Origin: Clostridia bacterium
GTDB taxonomy: Bacteria > Bacillota > Clostridia > UMGS1810
Direction: 5' to 3'
Length of the DNA: 28,707 bases
Assembly: GCA_045602585.1 (NCBI GenBank)
Contig: JAZSBW010000228.1
Coordinates: 1 to 28,707 of the forward strand
In this document: in pieces, positions 24,909 through 28,707 of the stretch
How the letters are laid out: every line of letters starts with the position of its first letter
How positions within the stretch are numbered: the stretch's first letter is position 1
Made by a program: the position numbers and the translations under genes
The notes under the pieces: generated by a model
Told to the model about the DNA's origin: nothing
The model's input: the letters and a program-made list of their open reading frames with translations, nothing else
Database searches by the model: none

Positions 24909-24999
24909 GAACATAGAATTGTCGAAAAATAAAAAATGATTTAATCACATAATAAATTCCAATCGTGGCATAATAACAAAAAACGAAAGGACAACACAT

Positions 25000-26499
25000 A
25001 TGCGAAAAAGCGGAATTTTGCTGCCTGTGTTTTCGTTGCCGTCGCGCTACGGAATAGGCTGCTTTTCAAAAGAAGCAAAAAAGTTTATAGATTTTCTTGA
25101 AATGTCGTCGCAATCATACTGGCAGATACTGCCGCTTGGGCCTACGTCTTACGGGGACTCGCCGTATCAAAGCCCGTCGTCATTTGCGGGGAATCCGCAC
25201 TTTATAGATATAGACACGCTTTGTGCCGAAGGTTTGCTTACGCCTGACGAATGTAAAGAATACGCTGCAAAAGTTCCCGTTGGGGAAAGCATAGATTATG
25301 AGTTTTTGTATAAAACACGTTCTGCCATATTGCATAAAGCGTTTTCAAGGTTTGATAAAAACCACGATTATTTTCGTTTTATTAATGAAGAAAAATACTG
25401 GCTTGACGATTATGCACAGTTTATGGCGGTTAAAAGTCGGCTTGGCGATGTGGGGTTAGAGGGTTGGGAAAAGAGTGCCCGCCTGCATGACGAAGATGCA
25501 TTAAAACCGCTGTTTGCCGAACTTGAAAACGAGATAGAATACTATAAATTTGAGCAGTATCAGTTTATGAGGCAATGGATAGAGGTTAAAACGTATGCCA
25601 ATAAAAAAGGAATAGAGATTATAGGCGATATGCCTATATATACGGCGTACGACAGTGCTGACGTGTGGGCAAAGCCATATCTTTTCCGTCTTGATGAAAA
25701 CCGCCTGCCAACCCACGTGGCAGGTTGCCCGCCTGACCCGTTCTCTCCCGATGGCCAACTTTGGGGCAATCCCGTTTACGATTGGACCACCCATGCCGAA
25801 ACTGATTATGAGTGGTGGACGGAGCGTATGAAACGCAGTATGCGTTTGTATGACGTTGTGCGGATAGACCATTTCAGAGGATTTGAAAGTTACTATGAAA
25901 TAGATGCAGAAAGTAAAACCGCACGCAAAGGCAAATGGCGAAAAGGTGCAGGGATAGACCTTTTTAAAACACTTGGTAAGAAATGCCCCGACCTTGAAAT
26001 TATAGCGGAAGATTTAGGGTTTATCACTCAGGACGTTAAAGATTTGCTTGATGAAACGGGTTATGCAGGTATGAAAGTTCTGCAGTTTGCATTTTCGGCA
26101 GACGGGGACGATTATCTCCCTCACAATTATATTAAAAACTGCATAGTATACACAGGTACACACGATAACCCTACCACGCTCGGCTGGGTGCAGACGGCGG
26201 ATAAAGCCGACCTTGCCCGCGCAGCAGAGTATATGGGCATAGACGGTACAGACGTCTTAAAAGTGTGCAGAGGATTTATCCGGCTTGCAATGTTAAGTAT
26301 TGCGGATACTTGCATAATACCCCTGCAGGATTGGCTTGTACTTGGTGATGATGCACGCATAAACACCCCCGGCACACTTGGCGGCAACTGGTGCTGGCGA
26401 ATGAACGAATTGAGCGATAAAACCGCCGCAGAGATTGCGCACATAACGGCACTTTACGGCAGAGATAAAAATAGCAGAAAGGCTGATGAAAATGTTTAA
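25000..26499 (+). CDS. malQ: 4-alpha-glucanotransferase (amylomaltase, GH77)
   Basis: RKSGILLPVFSLP, WQILPLGPT..GDSPYQS, IIGDMPIY, GCPPD.FS..GQLWGNP, RIDHFRGF, IIAEDLG, YTGTHDN, RINTPG. Confidence 0.97.
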   Translation: MRKSGILLPVFSLPSRYGIGCFSKEAKKFIDFLEMSSQSYWQILPLGPTSYGDSPYQSPSSFAGNPHFIDIDTLCAEGLLTPDECKEYAAKVPVGESIDYEFLYKTRSAILHKAFSRFDKNHDYFRFINEEKYWLDDYAQFMAVKSRLGDVGLEGWEKSARLHDEDALKPLFAELENEIEYYKFEQYQFMRQWIEVKTYANKKGIEIIGDMPIYTAYDSADVWAKPYLFRLDENRLPTHVAGCPPDPFSPDGQLWGNPVYDWTTHAETDYEWWTERMKRSMRLYDVVRIDHFRGFESYYEIDAESKTARKGKWRKGAGIDLFKTLGKKCPDLEIIAEDLGFITQDVKDLLDETGYAGMKVLQFAFSADGDDYLPHNYIKNCIVYTGTHDNPTTLGWVQTADKADLARAAEYMGIDGTDVLKVCRGFIRLAMLSIADTCIIPLQDWLVLGDDARINTPGTLGGNWCWRMNELSDKTAAEIAHITALYGRDKNSRKADENV

Positions 26500-28707
26500 C
26501 GAGTATTTTGAAAAAACAAAAGGCAAACCGCTTTACACCGCTTCTGACAGAGAGGTTTACGAATCATTACTTTCGTTTACTGAATCATACGTGCATGAAC
26601 GTGGTTATAATATAGGAAAGAAAAAACTGTATTACATTTCGGCGGAATTTTTAATAGGCAAACTGCTTTCGTCCAACCTTATTAATTTGGGTTTGTACGG
26701 CGCGGTTGCCGAGGAACTTAAATCCGTAGGTAAATCACTTGCCGATATAGAGGCTATAGAGCCCGAGCCGTCACTTGGTAATGGCGGCTTGGGCAGACTT
26801 GCCGCATGCTTTATGGATTCTGCCGCCACACTTGGTCTGCCGGCTGACGGAGTTGGTTTGTGCTACCATTGCGGACTTTTTGCGCAGAAGTTTAAAGATA
26901 ATAAGCAGACAGAGATGCCCGATTACTGGATAGAGGATAAAAACTGGCTTAACCGTACCGACACGCAGTACGCAGTTAAGTTTAAAGATTTCACCTTGCA
27001 GTCGCGCCTTTACGATTTAACTGTAACGGGCTATGGCAACAAATCAAACCGTCTGCGCCTTTTCGATGCCGAAACCGTAAGCGAAAGCATTATAAAGGAT
27101 GGAATAGCATTTGATAAAAAAGATGTTGACTCTAACTTAACGCTGTTCCTGTACCCTGACGACAGCGACGACAACGGTAAAAAACTGCGTGTGTATCAGC
27201 AGTATTTTATGGTAAGTTGCGCCGCGCAACTTATTTTGGACGAAGCGACAGAGCGCGGTTCAAATCTGCATGACCTTGCAGACTATGCCGTTGTGCAGAT
27301 TAATGATACCCACCCTGCAATGGTTATTCCCGAACTTGTGCGCCTTTTAACAGAACGTGGCATAGACTTTACCGAAGCGGCGGGCATAGTGCGTAATGTG
27401 TGCGCATACACAAACCATACAATCTTAGCCGAAGCGCTTGAAAAATGGCCCGTACGTTATCTGGAAGAAGCCGTACCCGAAATTATGCAAATAATCCGCC
27501 GTTTAGACCTTATGGTAAAAGGCGCAGACGAAACGTGTGCAATCGTTCGGGGTGATTTGGTGCATATGGCGCATCTTGCAATACACTTTTCGTTCAGCGT
27601 AAACGGTGTGGCGGCATTGCACACGGAGATTTTAAAAAATGTGGAACTTAAAAAGTTTTACGACCTTTACCCCGATAAATTCAACAATAAAACAAACGGA
27701 ATCACGTTCCGCCGTTGGCTGATTGGCGCAAATCCCGACTTAACCGAACTTATACGCAGTTTAACGGGCGACGGATTTTTAACAGATGCCGACAGACTAA
27801 AAGATTTGGCAATGTACGAGAACGATACCGATGTTCTCTCTGCCCTTGACACTATAAAAACTAAGAACAAACTCCGCTTAAAAGAGTTCCTTATGAAAGA
27901 AGAGGGCATAGTTCTGCGAGAGGATTCTGTTTTTGATATTCAAGCAAAACGTCTGCATGAGTATAAGCGCCAACAGTTAAACGCACTTTATATTATAAAA
28001 AAATATTTAGATATTAAAGACGGCAAATACCCCGACCGCCACTTAACCTTTATATTTGCGGCAAAGGCGGCACCCTCGTATGTGATGGCAAAGGATATTA
28101 TCCACCTTATACTCTGCCTTTCAAAAATGATTGCCGCAGACCCCGTTGCAAGTAAGTATATGACGGTTGTAATGATAGAGAATTACAACGTAACTGTTGC
28201 AGAAAAACTTATTCCCGCGTGCGATATATCCGAGCAGATTTCGCTTGCGTCAAAAGAAGCCAGCGGAACGGGTAATATGAAGTTTATGTTAAACGGTGCC
28301 GTAACTCTCGGCACACTTGATGGTGCAAATGTAGAGATAGCCGATTTTGTAGGTAAGGATAATATCTATATATTCGGCAAAAGCGCAAAAGAGGTTATAG
28401 ACCTTTATAAAAGCGGCAGATATAACCCACGAGCGCTCTATAGCAAAAATGCCGATATCCGCCGTGCGGTGGATTTTATATCCGATACCGCTATGCTTAA
28501 AATCGGCGACGGAACAGCGCTTCGCCGTTTGCAGAGCGATTTAATAAATAAAGACTACTTTATGGCGCTTCTGGATTTTGAAGATTATGCAAAAATAAAA
28601 GACAAAGCGTTTGCCGATTACGAAAACAGAACCGAATGGGCACGTAAAACGCTTGTGAATATTTCAAAGGCACGATATTTCTCTTCCGACAGAACAGTTG
28701 CGGAGTA
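26492..28707 (+). CDS. malP: Maltodextrin/glycogen phosphorylase, 3' end truncated by the window edge
   Basis: Absent from the ORF track because there is no stop codon. Translation from ATG 26492 gives YYISAEFLIG, EPSLGNGGLGRLAACF, QINDTHP, NKTNGITFRRWL, KRLHEYKRQ, PLP site EASGTGNMKFMLNG and FSSDRT near the end. Overlaps the malQ stop by 8 bp. Confidence 0.96.
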   Translation, partial: MFNEYFEKTKGKPLYTASDREVYESLLSFTESYVHERGYNIGKKKLYYISAEFLIGKLLSSNLINLGLYGAVAEELKSVGKSLADIEAIEPEPSLGNGGLGRLAACFMDSAATLGLPADGVGLCYHCGLFAQKFKDNKQTEMPDYWIEDKNWLNRTDTQYAVKFKDFTLQSRLYDLTVTGYGNKSNRLRLFDAETVSESIIKDGIAFDKKDVDSNLTLFLYPDDSDDNGKKLRVYQQYFMVSCAAQLILDEATERGSNLHDLADYAVVQINDTHPAMVIPELVRLLTERGIDFTEAAGIVRNVCAYTNHTILAEALEKWPVRYLEEAVPEIMQIIRRLDLMVKGADETCAIVRGDLVHMAHLAIHFSFSVNGVAALHTEILKNVELKKFYDLYPDKFNNKTNGITFRRWLIGANPDLTELIRSLTGDGFLTDADRLKDLAMYENDTDVLSALDTIKTKNKLRLKEFLMKEEGIVLREDSVFDIQAKRLHEYKRQQLNALYIIKKYLDIKDGKYPDRHLTFIFAAKAAPSYVMAKDIIHLILCLSKMIAADPVASKYMTVVMIENYNVTVAEKLIPACDISEQISLASKEASGTGNMKFMLNGAVTLGTLDGANVEIADFVGKDNIYIFGKSAKEVIDLYKSGRYNPRALYSKNADIRRAVDFISDTAMLKIGDGTALRRLQSDLINKDYFMALLDFEDYAKIKDKAFADYENRTEWARKTLVNISKARYFSSDRTVAE

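Noticed and set aside
26500-28707. Apparent 2.2-kb stretch with no long ORF in the supplied track
   Set aside because: It is an artefact: the phosphorylase frame from 26492 stays open past the window end.

Overview
A mostly core-genome window from a Clostridia-type member of the Bacillota: it has PolC, a reverse rubrerythrin, [FeFe]-hydrogenase maturases and ECF S-components. Left to right it holds ispG (partial)-polC-RluA-family synthase, then an Rrf2 regulator-reverse rubrerythrin-ferritin stress cluster, a lone GtrB-like GT2, and hydE-hydF without hydG. Next come a THF riboswitch with an unusually long FolT, a DUF421-DUF4363 pair, mnmA, a TPP riboswitch with thiT, and a small Cys-rich DUF6472-like gene. 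The right half carries the rimP-nusA-ylxR-L7Ae-infB-rbfA-nrnA-truB-ribF operon on the minus strand, tRNA-Arg(CCG)-tmcAL, and malQ-malP (partial). I found no transposase, integrase, CRISPR array or defence system, and I cannot support a wholly new multi-gene system. The best leads are small: an inverted pair of GTAG-headed REP palindromes with compensatory stem changes, a 25-bp dyad over the Rrf2 transcription start, a forespore sigmaF-like promoter before DUF421-DUF4363, and an ~80-aa two-helix insertion in FolT. Weaker leads are the hydG-less maturase pair, long perfect inverted repeats, a possible AUU start for truB and a tRNA-Arg(CCG) lacking G37. All family calls come from motif recognition; no database searches were run.
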